A stretch of DNA of 64,000 bases from Candidatus Saccharimonadota bacterium (GTDB lineage: Bacteria > Patescibacteriota > Saccharimonadia > Saccharimonadales > JACOTW01). The position numbers and the translations under genes are program-made. Of the stretch, positions 56,218-64,000 are shown piece after piece. The stretch covers positions 77,043 through 141,042 of the forward strand of contig JACOTW010000002.1 in NCBI GenBank assembly GCA_016178135.1. The letters are read 5' to 3'. Below the pieces are notes generated by a model. The model was given only the letters and a program-made list of their open reading frames with translations, was not told the origin of the DNA and made no database searches. Numbering within the stretch: position 1 is the first letter of the stretch; every line of letters starts with the position of its first letter.

Positions 56218-57450
56218 ATGCGTGAATCCTTGCCGGCGCACTATGTCGGTCTTGATATTGGTACTAGCACTGTTCGCTGCGTAGTCGGTGTTGTTGATGG
56301 TAATGACTCAACTCAACTGTCTGTAATTGGACATGGTAGTGCTCCCAATCTTGGTATGCGTAAGGGAGTTATAGTTCATTCCGAAGACGTTGTTGAGGCT
56401 ATTAGTCAGGCTGTTAGTGATGCCGAGCGGTTAGCGGGCATCCATATCCAAAGAGCTACCATAAATATAAATGGTGCAAATGTCGTAGGTATGAATTCAA
56501 AAGGTGTCATAGCAATTAGTACTGCAAACCGCGAAATTACATCAGAAGACCGGCTGCGTGTAGAAAGGGAAGCTACTATCGTTCAGCTACCGCCTAATCG
56601 TGAGATTGTACAGGTATTTGCTAAAAACTATCGACTGGATGGACAGGAAAATATCAAAGATCCTGTTGGTATGCAGGGTGTGCGTCTAGAGGTAGATACT
56701 CATATAGTTACAGCCGCGACTCCCAATCTTCGAAGCCTAGCATCAGTTCTAGAAAAAGCCAATATAAACATAGCTCATCATACCGTTTCGGGCGTAGCGT
56801 CAGCGGAAGCAGTTCTAAATAGACAACAAAAAGAGTCAGGAACTCTGTTGTTAGATATTGGTGCGGGCACTACAAACGTTGTAGTAATTGAAGATGGCGA
56901 GGTACAACATATAGCAGTACTGCCTATAGGCGGTATAAATATTACAAATGATTTAGCTATTGGACTAAAAACCGATCTAGATATAGCTGAAATTGTAAAA
57001 ATCCAGCATGCCAGCCTAGAAGAAAACAGCTCATTCGATAACAGCATTAGCGTAACGTTTAATAATAAAGAATATAAGTTCGATACCCGTGAAATTCGAA
57101 TGATTACAGAAGCACGAGTTGAGGAATTACTTGAATATGTAGATAAAGAACTCAAGAAAATACATCGTTCGCGCAAGCTACCAGGGGGTGTTGTGTTGGT
57201 GGGTGGCACGTCTAAATTGCCAGGTATTGCTGACTTTACGCGGGATAAATTAGAACTGGCTGCTCGATTGGGTACGTTGCAGTCTATTGGAGGGCTGGTT
57301 GATACTGTTCAAGATCCTGCATTTACTACAGCGGTGGGTCTCATGGTACTGGACGTACTACTGATACCCTCCCATAATCTACAAAAAGGTCAGCCCAATA
57401 CTAATGCGTTTGGTCTGATAGAAAGTTTATTCAAGTGGATCAAGCGATGA
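56218..57450 (+). CDS. ftsA: Cell division protein FtsA
   Basis: Actin-fold 'VGLDIGTSTVRCVVG', 'LLDIGAGTTNVVV' and 'VLVGGTSKLPG'. The ATG at 56218 is 6 nt after TATACT. The tracked start at 56125 lies inside repeat D2. Confidence 0.85.
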   Translation: MRESLPAHYVGLDIGTSTVRCVVGVVDGNDSTQLSVIGHGSAPNLGMRKGVIVHSEDVVEAISQAVSDAERLAGIHIQRATININGANVVGMNSKGVIAISTANREITSEDRLRVEREATIVQLPPNREIVQVFAKNYRLDGQENIKDPVGMQGVRLEVDTHIVTAATPNLRSLASVLEKANINIAHHTVSGVASAEAVLNRQQKESGTLLLDIGAGTTNVVVIEDGEVQHIAVLPIGGINITNDLAIGLKTDLDIAEIVKIQHASLEENSSFDNSISVTFNNKEYKFDTREIRMITEARVEELLEYVDKELKKIHRSRKLPGGVVLVGGTSKLPGIADFTRDKLELAARLGTLQSIGGLVDTVQDPAFTTAVGLMVLDVLLIPSHNLQKGQPNTNAFGLIESLFKWIKR

Positions 57451-57527
57451 GCACTCTAGTCTATAGACTACAGGTACTGTTTGAGGTATACTCTGGTCGT
57501 AGGTAAGAGCTTAGAGGATATTATAAT

Positions 57528-58811
57528 ATGCCACAAGTAGCACCAGATATTGAAACATTTGCACGAATTAAGGTTATAGGCGTTGGCGGAGCTGGTGGAG
57601 CTGCCGTTGATCGTATGGTGGAGGCTGGCATAGAAGGTGTTGAATTTATTGCTATCAACACCGATGCCCAAGCAATTCATCATTCCAAGGCCCAGAAAAA
57701 GATTCATATAGGTAGCGATACTACTCGCGGACTTGGTGCCGGAGCAGATCCTCTTGTAGGGCAAAAGGCCGCAGAGGAGTCACTGGATGAAATCAAGAAG
57801 GTTGTTGAGGGTGCCGATATGGTATTTATTACCATTGGAGCTGGTGGGGGTACTGGTAGTGGAGCCGGACATATAGTAGCTAAGGTAGCCAAAGAAGCGG
57901 GGGCACTTGTTGTAGGATTTGCTACAAAGCCTTTTGCTTTCGAGGGTGAAAAGCGTCGTCGAAATGCCGATATAGCCATTACTAATCTGCGTGATGCCGT
58001 GGATACTCTAATCATTATTCCAAATGATCGTCTCCTGCAGACTATTGATAGGCAAACTCCATTACTTGAAGCTTTTAAGGTTGCTGATGATGTCTTAAGA
58101 CAGGGCGTACAGGGTATATCTGACCTTATAACAGTACATGGTCTTATTAACTTAGACTTTGCTGACGTCAAAACTGTCATGAGTAATGCTGGATCAGCTC
58201 TTATGGGTATTGGTCGAGCTAGTGGTGAAAATAGATCAGTCCAGGCCGCACAGCAAGCCATTGAATCACCACTGCTTGAGATATCTATAGATGGCGCTAG
58301 GGGCATACTGTTTAATGTAATTGGCGGCATGGATATGTCCATGCATGAAATCAACAGTGCCGCAGAGACCATAACGGCCGCCGCCGATCCTGATGCGAAC
58401 ATAATCTTTGGAGCCACGCTCAATCCTGCTCTTGACGGGGAGATTATTATTACAGTGGTGGCTACAGGTTTTGACGCGTCATATTTTTCAAATCGATCCA
58501 CAAAAGTTGACCATAAAACCCGAACGAGCACATCGCCAAAACACGATGAGCACGTCATGAAAGATATTGATATGGATCTTGATGATACTACAGGTGCAGA
58601 CAGAGATTTTCATAATGATAATCCAATGCCCAATATATGGACGTTAGACAATAATGAAGAATCCAAAAACCCGGAAGATGACAAATCAGAAACTGTACAA
58701 ACAATTTTTACGAGCGATCATGAGGATGATGAACTGGAAAAACCCTCATTTTTGCGTCGGTTAAAGAATCGTCGCAATAAATCAGAAAAAGAAGATGACG
58801 AATCTTTTTGA
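57528..58811 (+). CDS. ftsZ: Cell division protein FtsZ
   Basis: '[17 protein letters not shown]', the tubulin signature '[11 protein letters not shown]' and '[11 protein letters not shown]'. The C-terminal tail is acidic. Confidence 0.95.
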   Translation: MPQVAPDIETFARIKVIGVGGAGGAAVDRMVEAGIEGVEFIAINTDAQAIHHSKAQKKIHIGSDTTRGLGAGADPLVGQKAAEESLDEIKKVVEGADMVFITIGAGGGTGSGAGHIVAKVAKEAGALVVGFATKPFAFEGEKRRRNADIAITNLRDAVDTLIIIPNDRLLQTIDRQTPLLEAFKVADDVLRQGVQGISDLITVHGLINLDFADVKTVMSNAGSALMGIGRASGENRSVQAAQQAIESPLLEISIDGARGILFNVIGGMDMSMHEINSAAETITAAADPDANIIFGATLNPALDGEIIITVVATGFDASYFSNRSTKVDHKTRTSTSPKHDEHVMKDIDMDLDDTTGADRDFHNDNPMPNIWTLDNNEESKNPEDDKSETVQTIFTSDHEDDELEKPSFLRRLKNRRNKSEKEDDESF

Positions 58812-58927
58812 TTTTTACTCTTTATAACAGGGGTAAATTGTTTATGCCAATTTGTACAATAGTACAACAAAAAACGCATTATTAGTCTTGCATAACGCTA
58901 TCAGTAGGGTTATTATCTAAGGCATAG

Positions 58928-58959
58928 CCACTATATGTAGCATGATTAATATAGTGTTA
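58928..58959 (+). promoter_or_regulatory. Candidate NrdR-box pair or palindrome upstream of nrdR-nrdJ
   Basis: CCACTATATGTAGCATGATTAATATAGTGTT has inverted halves CACTATAT / ATATAGTG. These resemble the remembered NrdR-box consensus acaCwAtATaTwGtgt. Confidence 0.45.
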
Positions 58960-58992
58960 GTACGTTCAGAATGAGTAAAGGAGGTGTGCAAC

Positions 58993-59466
58993 ATGAAGTG
59001 TAGCCAATGTCATCAAGTTGATACCAAGGTGATTGAATCGCGGGATGTAAGTGACGGAGAAGCTATTCGCCGCCGCCGCGAGTGCACTAGTTGTCATTAT
59101 AGATTTACGACCTATGAACGCTTAGAGCGTCCACAGATTATCGTGATTAAGAATAATGGCACAAGAGAGCTATTCAATCGGGAAAAACTTCTTGGAGGGT
59201 TGTATAGAGCCTGCGAAAAAACACCTGTTACCAGTTTGCAGCTGGAAAGATTGGTCTCTAATATTGAACACCAAATATATGATTGCGGAGATCAAGAAGT
59301 TCGATCAGCAAAAATTGGTGATATGGTGATGGATCAACTAGCACGAACCAATGAAGTCGCGTATGTACGCTTTGCTAGCGTATACCGTCGATTCAAAGAC
59401 ATTGCCGGATTTGAGCGTGAATTACTACAAATTCGGGAACGCAAGACCAGTAGTCTTAAGGTATAA
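58993..59466 (+). CDS. nrdR: Transcriptional repressor NrdR
   Basis: 'MKCSQCHQVDTKVIESRDV...IRRRRECTSCHYRFTTYE' is the zinc ribbon, followed by an ATP-cone ('VIKNNGTRELFNREKLLGGLYRACEK'). Confidence 0.9.
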   Translation: MKCSQCHQVDTKVIESRDVSDGEAIRRRRECTSCHYRFTTYERLERPQIIVIKNNGTRELFNREKLLGGLYRACEKTPVTSLQLERLVSNIEHQIYDCGDQEVRSAKIGDMVMDQLARTNEVAYVRFASVYRRFKDIAGFERELLQIRERKTSSLKV

Positions 59467-59554
59467 TTGTTGTCAGTTAGCTGACTTGAGGTTATCGGAG
59501 ACGATAAAAAACACCAAACATTAACTAAATATAATTAAAAAAGTGAGGGTACTT

Positions 59555-62320
59555 ATGGGACAAACTACTATCCTGGGTCGCAGGCGGCTATTTACGCCAC
59601 CCAAATCTAAGGCATACGAACAACTAAAATGGACAAGTCGTGATTCGATCATCGTTAATCCGATAGCCAATAAACCGGTTTTTGAGCAAAAAGATATAGA
59701 GTTTCCTGAAGGCTGGTCTCTGAATTCTATCAATATAGTCGCACAAAAATACTTTACTGGTACACCCGGTACTCCGGGGCGTGAAGATTCTCTTAAGAAA
59801 CTCATTGATCGTGTTGTTGATACTATTGTCAGGACTGGTCTTCAAGAGGATTATTTTGAAACAGATACAGAGGCAGAAGATTTTCGTGAAGAACTCAAAT
59901 ACATCCTTGCTACTCAACGTGCCGCGTTTAATTCGCCAGTTTGGTTCAATATCGGTGCTCCTGATCGTCCTCAACAGGCAAGCGCCTGTTTTATTCTTGC
60001 GGTAGAAGATACAATGCCCTCAATACTGAATTGGTACAAAGAAGAAGGCATGATTTTTAAGGGTGGTTCTGGCGCTGGCGTCAACCTAAGTACTATCCGA
60101 TCGTCTGTAGAAAAACTAGGTAAGAGTGCTGGTACGGCTTCTGGACCACTTTCATTTATGCGTGGTGCTGATTCTTCGGCTGGAGCTATTAAAAGCGGTG
60201 GCAAGACACGTAGGGCTGCTAAAATGGTTATCCTGAATGCTGACCACCCTGATATTGAAGAGTTTATTTGGGCAAAAGCCATAGAAGAACGAAAAGCTCG
60301 CGTATTGCAGGATGCTGGTTATGATATGGATCTGGATGGCAAAGATTCCTTCTCTGTACAGTATCAAAATGCCAATAATTCGGTGCGTGTTACTGACGAA
60401 TTTATGCAAGCGGTCATAAATGATGAAGACTGGCAATTAAAAGCCGTCAGTAATGACAAGCCACTCAAAACACTCAAGGCACGCGACTTGTTTCGTCAAG
60501 TTAATGAAGCGGCATGGGAGTGTGCCGATCCGGGTATGCAGTTTGACACAACTATTAATAAATGGCACACAACCCCAAATGTTGGCCGTATTAATGCCAG
60601 CAACCCTTGTAGTGAATATATGCATCTTGATAATTCAGCCTGTAACCTGGCCTCTATAAACTTACTGAAGTATTTAAATGACGATGGCAGTTTTGACATT
60701 AAGTCTTTTATACATACGGTAGAAATTATATTTACTGCTCAGGAAATTCTGGTTGGCTATAGCGAGTATCCGACAGAGAGTATTGCCAAGAACGCTCGAG
60801 CTTATCGCGAGTTAGGACTTGGCTATGCTAATTTGGGCGCCATGCTTATGGCTATGGGCCTTCCTTATGATAGCGATGAAGGTCGTGCTATTGCCGCAGC
60901 TATTACTGCTCTAATGACCGGACAGGCATACGCTACAAGCGCGCGTTTAGCTAATCGCGTCGGGCCTTTTGCTGGATTTCATAAGGATAGAGAAGGTGTT
61001 TTAAATGTTCTAAAGATGCACCGTGCAGAGGTTTCCAAAATTGATGCAAGTTTGGTAGCCGAGGACCTGCTTAATGCCGCAACAACCGCATGGGACGAAG
61101 CCGTAGAGTTAGGCGAATTGTATGGTGTTCGTAATTCTCAGGCAAGCGTGCTTGCTCCTACCGGTACCATAGGACTTATGATGGACTGCGATACCACCGG
61201 TATTGAACCAGATCTGGGACTAGTAAAAGTCAAGAAGTTAGTTGGTGGCGGTACGATGAGTATCGTTAACCAAACTGTTCCCCGAGCACTAAAAGTACTC
61301 GGCTATAGCGAAGGTCAAATAAGGGATATTGTAAAATATATTGATGTAGAAAAAACAATAATCGGGGCTCCTCACCTCAAGAAAGAACACGAAGCCGTAT
61401 TTTCTTGTTCTATGGGAGATAACGCGATTCATTATATAGGTCATGTGAAGATGATGGGGGCAGTACAGCCATTCATATCCGGTGCTATTAGCAAAACCGT
61501 CAATATGCCTGAAGATGTAACGGTAGAGGACGTAGAGCAGCTACACATAGAAGCGTGGAATCTAGGTCTCAAGGCGGTTGCTATATATCGTGATAATTGT
61601 AAAGTGGCACAACCTCTTTCAATGGCCAAAAAAGACAGTTCTAAGGCTGATGAAAAAAACACAACGAAAGATGCCATTAATGATGGGTTTATAGTAAAGG
61701 GCGCAGTACGTCGCGCACTGCCTAAAGTTCGAACAGCCAAAACTTTTTCCTTTACCGTATCTGGCGTACATGGCTATGTTACTGTTGGTGAATACCAAGA
61801 CGGTACGCCCGGGGAGTTGTTTATCAATATCGCCAAGATGGGGTCTACATTAGCTGGCTTAATGGATTCATTTGCTCGAAGTGTAAGTTACGGTTTGCAA
61901 TACGGAGTACCGCTAAAATCTTACGCCAAGGGACTTAGTCATATGAGCTTCGCGCCCGCCGGCATTACTGATGATCCAGAAATTCGTACTGCTTCAAGTC
62001 TTGTTGACTACATTTTTCGACGCCTATCCTTGACATATCTAAGCTTTGACGATCGTCTTGAGCTAGGACTTGCATCTATTGAAGATATGCCCGAAGATCA
62101 GACTAGCTTGCTTGAACAGGCGGTGGTGGTAGAACCGATTGCTGAAGAAATAAAACCAGAAATAACGACTAGCTCCGAAACAGCTCCAACAACCAAGCCA
62201 GCAGTATCAAGTAGGGTAGATATAGCTGCACCGCTATGCTACAACTGCGGTAACCAGACTCAAAAAGCTGGTAGCTGCTATGTCTGTACAAGTTGCGGTA
62301 GCACCACCGGTTGCTCTTAG
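59555..62320 (+). CDS. nrdJ: Class II (adenosylcobalamin-dependent) ribonucleotide reductase
   Basis: ~920 aa monomeric RNR with 'NSPVWFNIG', 'ACFIL', 'SNPCSEY' and 'APTGTIG'. The C-terminal Cys cluster is 'CYNCGN...CYVCTSCGSTTGCS'. The ATG at 59555 follows the SD GAGGG. Confidence 0.85.
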   Translation: MGQTTILGRRRLFTPPKSKAYEQLKWTSRDSIIVNPIANKPVFEQKDIEFPEGWSLNSINIVAQKYFTGTPGTPGREDSLKKLIDRVVDTIVRTGLQEDYFETDTEAEDFREELKYILATQRAAFNSPVWFNIGAPDRPQQASACFILAVEDTMPSILNWYKEEGMIFKGGSGAGVNLSTIRSSVEKLGKSAGTASGPLSFMRGADSSAGAIKSGGKTRRAAKMVILNADHPDIEEFIWAKAIEERKARVLQDAGYDMDLDGKDSFSVQYQNANNSVRVTDEFMQAVINDEDWQLKAVSNDKPLKTLKARDLFRQVNEAAWECADPGMQFDTTINKWHTTPNVGRINASNPCSEYMHLDNSACNLASINLLKYLNDDGSFDIKSFIHTVEIIFTAQEILVGYSEYPTESIAKNARAYRELGLGYANLGAMLMAMGLPYDSDEGRAIAAAITALMTGQAYATSARLANRVGPFAGFHKDREGVLNVLKMHRAEVSKIDASLVAEDLLNAATTAWDEAVELGELYGVRNSQASVLAPTGTIGLMMDCDTTGIEPDLGLVKVKKLVGGGTMSIVNQTVPRALKVLGYSEGQIRDIVKYIDVEKTIIGAPHLKKEHEAVFSCSMGDNAIHYIGHVKMMGAVQPFISGAISKTVNMPEDVTVEDVEQLHIEAWNLGLKAVAIYRDNCKVAQPLSMAKKDSSKADEKNTTKDAINDGFIVKGAVRRALPKVRTAKTFSFTVSGVHGYVTVGEYQDGTPGELFINIAKMGSTLAGLMDSFARSVSYGLQYGVPLKSYAKGLSHMSFAPAGITDDPEIRTASSLVDYIFRRLSLTYLSFDDRLELGLASIEDMPEDQTSLLEQAVVVEPIAEEIKPEITTSSETAPTTKPAVSSRVDIAAPLCYNCGNQTQKAGSCYVCTSCGSTTGCS

Positions 62321-62473
62321 ACACGAATTTCTAGACATTGGTAGCTCTACCTAAACTTACCCAAAAATATTCTAAAATTTTGCTTGCATACACCCAACCA
62401 TAAGCGTATAATTTACAGATAATAAACAGGTAAGGAGCTACAACTGCCTATAGGCATCAGCTACAACAGAAAT

Positions 62474-64000
62474 ATGGCAGACAAACAACCCATTACCACA
62501 ATATTTAATCAGCCGTATGATATTGAGTCTTCGGCCTCTGTTGGTAATGTTAGTGATCTTGCCAGCTCGAACATCGGACAACCAGTTAACGGCCATGCCG
62601 TACCCCTAATAAGCTATGGCTCTTTTGGCCCGATCAAACCTGACGGCAAGAACAAACGCCGATCACCATTCCCTTGGCGTCCGGTATTTACCTTCTTAGC
62701 AGTCATAGCTGCCATAGCCTTGCTAACATTTGGATATATATCACTGCGTAACAGAGACGATTCTATACTGACCGACGCTAGTAGCGATGATGCCATTATC
62801 GCCAATGGCGCTATCAATGCTACTAATCCTTCCAGACTGATCGTCGGCCGCCTAACCGCTGGCTTTAATCTATCTCTGCAGGGTGGTCTTGACAGTACTT
62901 TTAAAGTTACAGATGGTACCAACACTACCACTCTGGGTTTTACTCCTCCAATTGCTAATACTACTATAAACGTACCAGCCCTGGCAGCCGGCAATTATAC
63001 CCTCTGTACTAATGGCGGTAATTGTATTGGTGGTAATGGTAGTTCACCTAACGGTGCTGCCTATTTGACTGTAGGCAATAATGCTACTTTATCTTCCGAA
63101 AGATCTATCACGGCCGGCCTAAATCTTACTGCCGTTGATGGTGGCGCCAACTCGGCTTATACCTTATCTGTAGTAAATAATCCAACGTTTTCCGGCCTAA
63201 TAACAGCAACCTCTGGTATAGCAACCTCTGGTGCGGACTTAAGCCTAAACGTTAATTCTAATTTTGCCACCAACATCAACACAGGGTCTTCTACTGGTAC
63301 GGTATCTATTGGTAGTAGCAATGCTGGCACTATTGCTATTCAAAGCGCTTCAACTCTCAACCTAACTGGTGCCACCACTATCACCGGCCTAACTAGTGGC
63401 AACGCCCTAGTGGTTAATAATTCTACCAGTACTGGCAACATACTAGTCCTGCAAAACAACGGTATACCTACTCTAACAGTTCAAAACGACGCCAGTTTAG
63501 CCTGGGAAGGTACTACCGTAGACACTAACAAAACCGTGCTTACCGTTGTAAATCCTACAGCAAACATCACATATCGCCTAGCCGATGCCTTGCCTGGTAC
63601 CTATGACATATGTACCATGGCTGGTAATTGTGCTGGTGTTGCCGGCAATACTTTGCAGGCTGCCTACAGTGCCGATATTGATGGTGGAAATTCTATTATT
63701 GCCTTAACTACCACTGACGATTCCCTAATTGTTCGTAATCCAGCTGTTGGCGGTTCAGATTCAACTTTTGTGTTCAAAGTAGATCAGCTCAATACGGGTG
63801 CCGTTGATGGCGTAATAGTTAGTCACGCCGGCACTGGCTATGCCCTAAGAGTCAACGATGACGGCACCGATACCGACAGTACACCTTTTGTGATAGATAA
63901 CAATGGCAACGCCGGCATTGGGACGACTACCGGCATAAACTCTAAGCTAACATTCGCAGCCGATACTACCGCAGCTGGCGGCATACTCTTTGGCACAGAC
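62474..64000 (+). CDS. Large membrane-anchored, T/N/G/A-rich repetitive surface protein (partial; runs off the window)
   Basis: Manual translation from the ATG at 62474 stays open for 509 codons to the window end. An N-terminal cytoplasmic stretch precedes the TM 'VFTFLAVIAAIALLTFGYI'. Low-complexity beta-rich repeats follow, with recurring 'NYTLCTNGGNCIGG' / 'TYDICTMAGNCAGV' Cys pairs. Confidence 0.7.
   Translation, partial: MADKQPITTIFNQPYDIESSASVGNVSDLASSNIGQPVNGHAVPLISYGSFGPIKPDGKNKRRSPFPWRPVFTFLAVIAAIALLTFGYISLRNRDDSILTDASSDDAIIANGAINATNPSRLIVGRLTAGFNLSLQGGLDSTFKVTDGTNTTTLGFTPPIANTTINVPALAAGNYTLCTNGGNCIGGNGSSPNGAAYLTVGNNATLSSERSITAGLNLTAVDGGANSAYTLSVVNNPTFSGLITATSGIATSGADLSLNVNSNFATNINTGSSTGTVSIGSSNAGTIAIQSASTLNLTGATTITGLTSGNALVVNNSTSTGNILVLQNNGIPTLTVQNDASLAWEGTTVDTNKTVLTVVNPTANITYRLADALPGTYDICTMAGNCAGVAGNTLQAAYSADIDGGNSIIALTTTDDSLIVRNPAVGGSDSTFVFKVDQLNTGAVDGVIVSHAGTGYALRVNDDGTDTDSTPFVIDNNGNAGIGTTTGINSKLTFAADTTAAGGILFGTD

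Noticed and set aside
57704-58558. 284-aa ORF antisense to ftsZ, and similar antisense ORFs in gyrB, gyrA, infB, nrdJ, ftsA and comM.
   Set aside because: They are fully embedded opposite genes with unambiguous family motifs. Their composition is low-complexity (Ser/Ala/Pro-rich), typical of shadow ORFs.

Overview
This 64-kb window looks like a chromosomal segment of a reduced-genome Patescibacteria (CPR) bacterium, most likely Candidatus Saccharibacteria (TM7). The 16S gene contains exact matches to what I recall as the TM7-specific primer sites 580F (ACTGGGCGTAAAGAGTTGC) and 1177R (reverse complement of GGAAGGAGGGGATGATGTCAGGTC). The backbone is housekeeping: tgt, thrS, miaA, rpmB, infC-rpmI-rplT, comM-like, gyrB-gyrA, rpsA, infB, def-fmt, priA, rpsU, adk-map, ftsA-ftsZ and nrdR-nrdJ. 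It also carries RNase P RNA, four tRNAs and one rRNA gene set. Two things stand out. (1) There are at least six families of short palindromic, non-autonomous (MITE-like) repeats, here called A-E and G. I count about 40 full or partial copies, roughly 5 kb or ~8% of the window. They are often nested in each other, abut or supply stop codons, and carry no cognate transposase in the window. Family A (~160 bp plus an apparent 2-bp target duplication, ~162 bp or 54 codons) is inserted in frame inside the ROK sugar kinase and PriA, and fused to the N-terminus of MiaA. This parallels the Rickettsia palindromic elements (RPEs). (2) The rRNA locus is split and heavily invaded. The 16S gene has its own promoter, processing stem and terminator. 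It is separated by 2.5 kb from 23S-5S; that gap holds two protein genes and opposite-strand tRNA-Ile/tRNA-Ala plus tRNA fragments. The 16S carries an 801-bp LAGLIDADG-encoding insertion in the decoding-centre region and an enlarged V1. The 23S carries two group-I-like introns with LAGLIDADG endonucleases, one clearly I-CreI-like at the I-CreI site, plus several expansion segments. Smaller items: a decayed rve-type IS in a GC-richer islet, an accessory gene block next to tRNA-Val, candidate novel ncRNAs, a second NrdR-like paralog, a TraD/VirD4-like ATPase, a PCD-RNase H fusion and a large repetitive surface protein. All calls rest on reading the sequence and ORF translations and on remembered family motifs. 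No database search was run.
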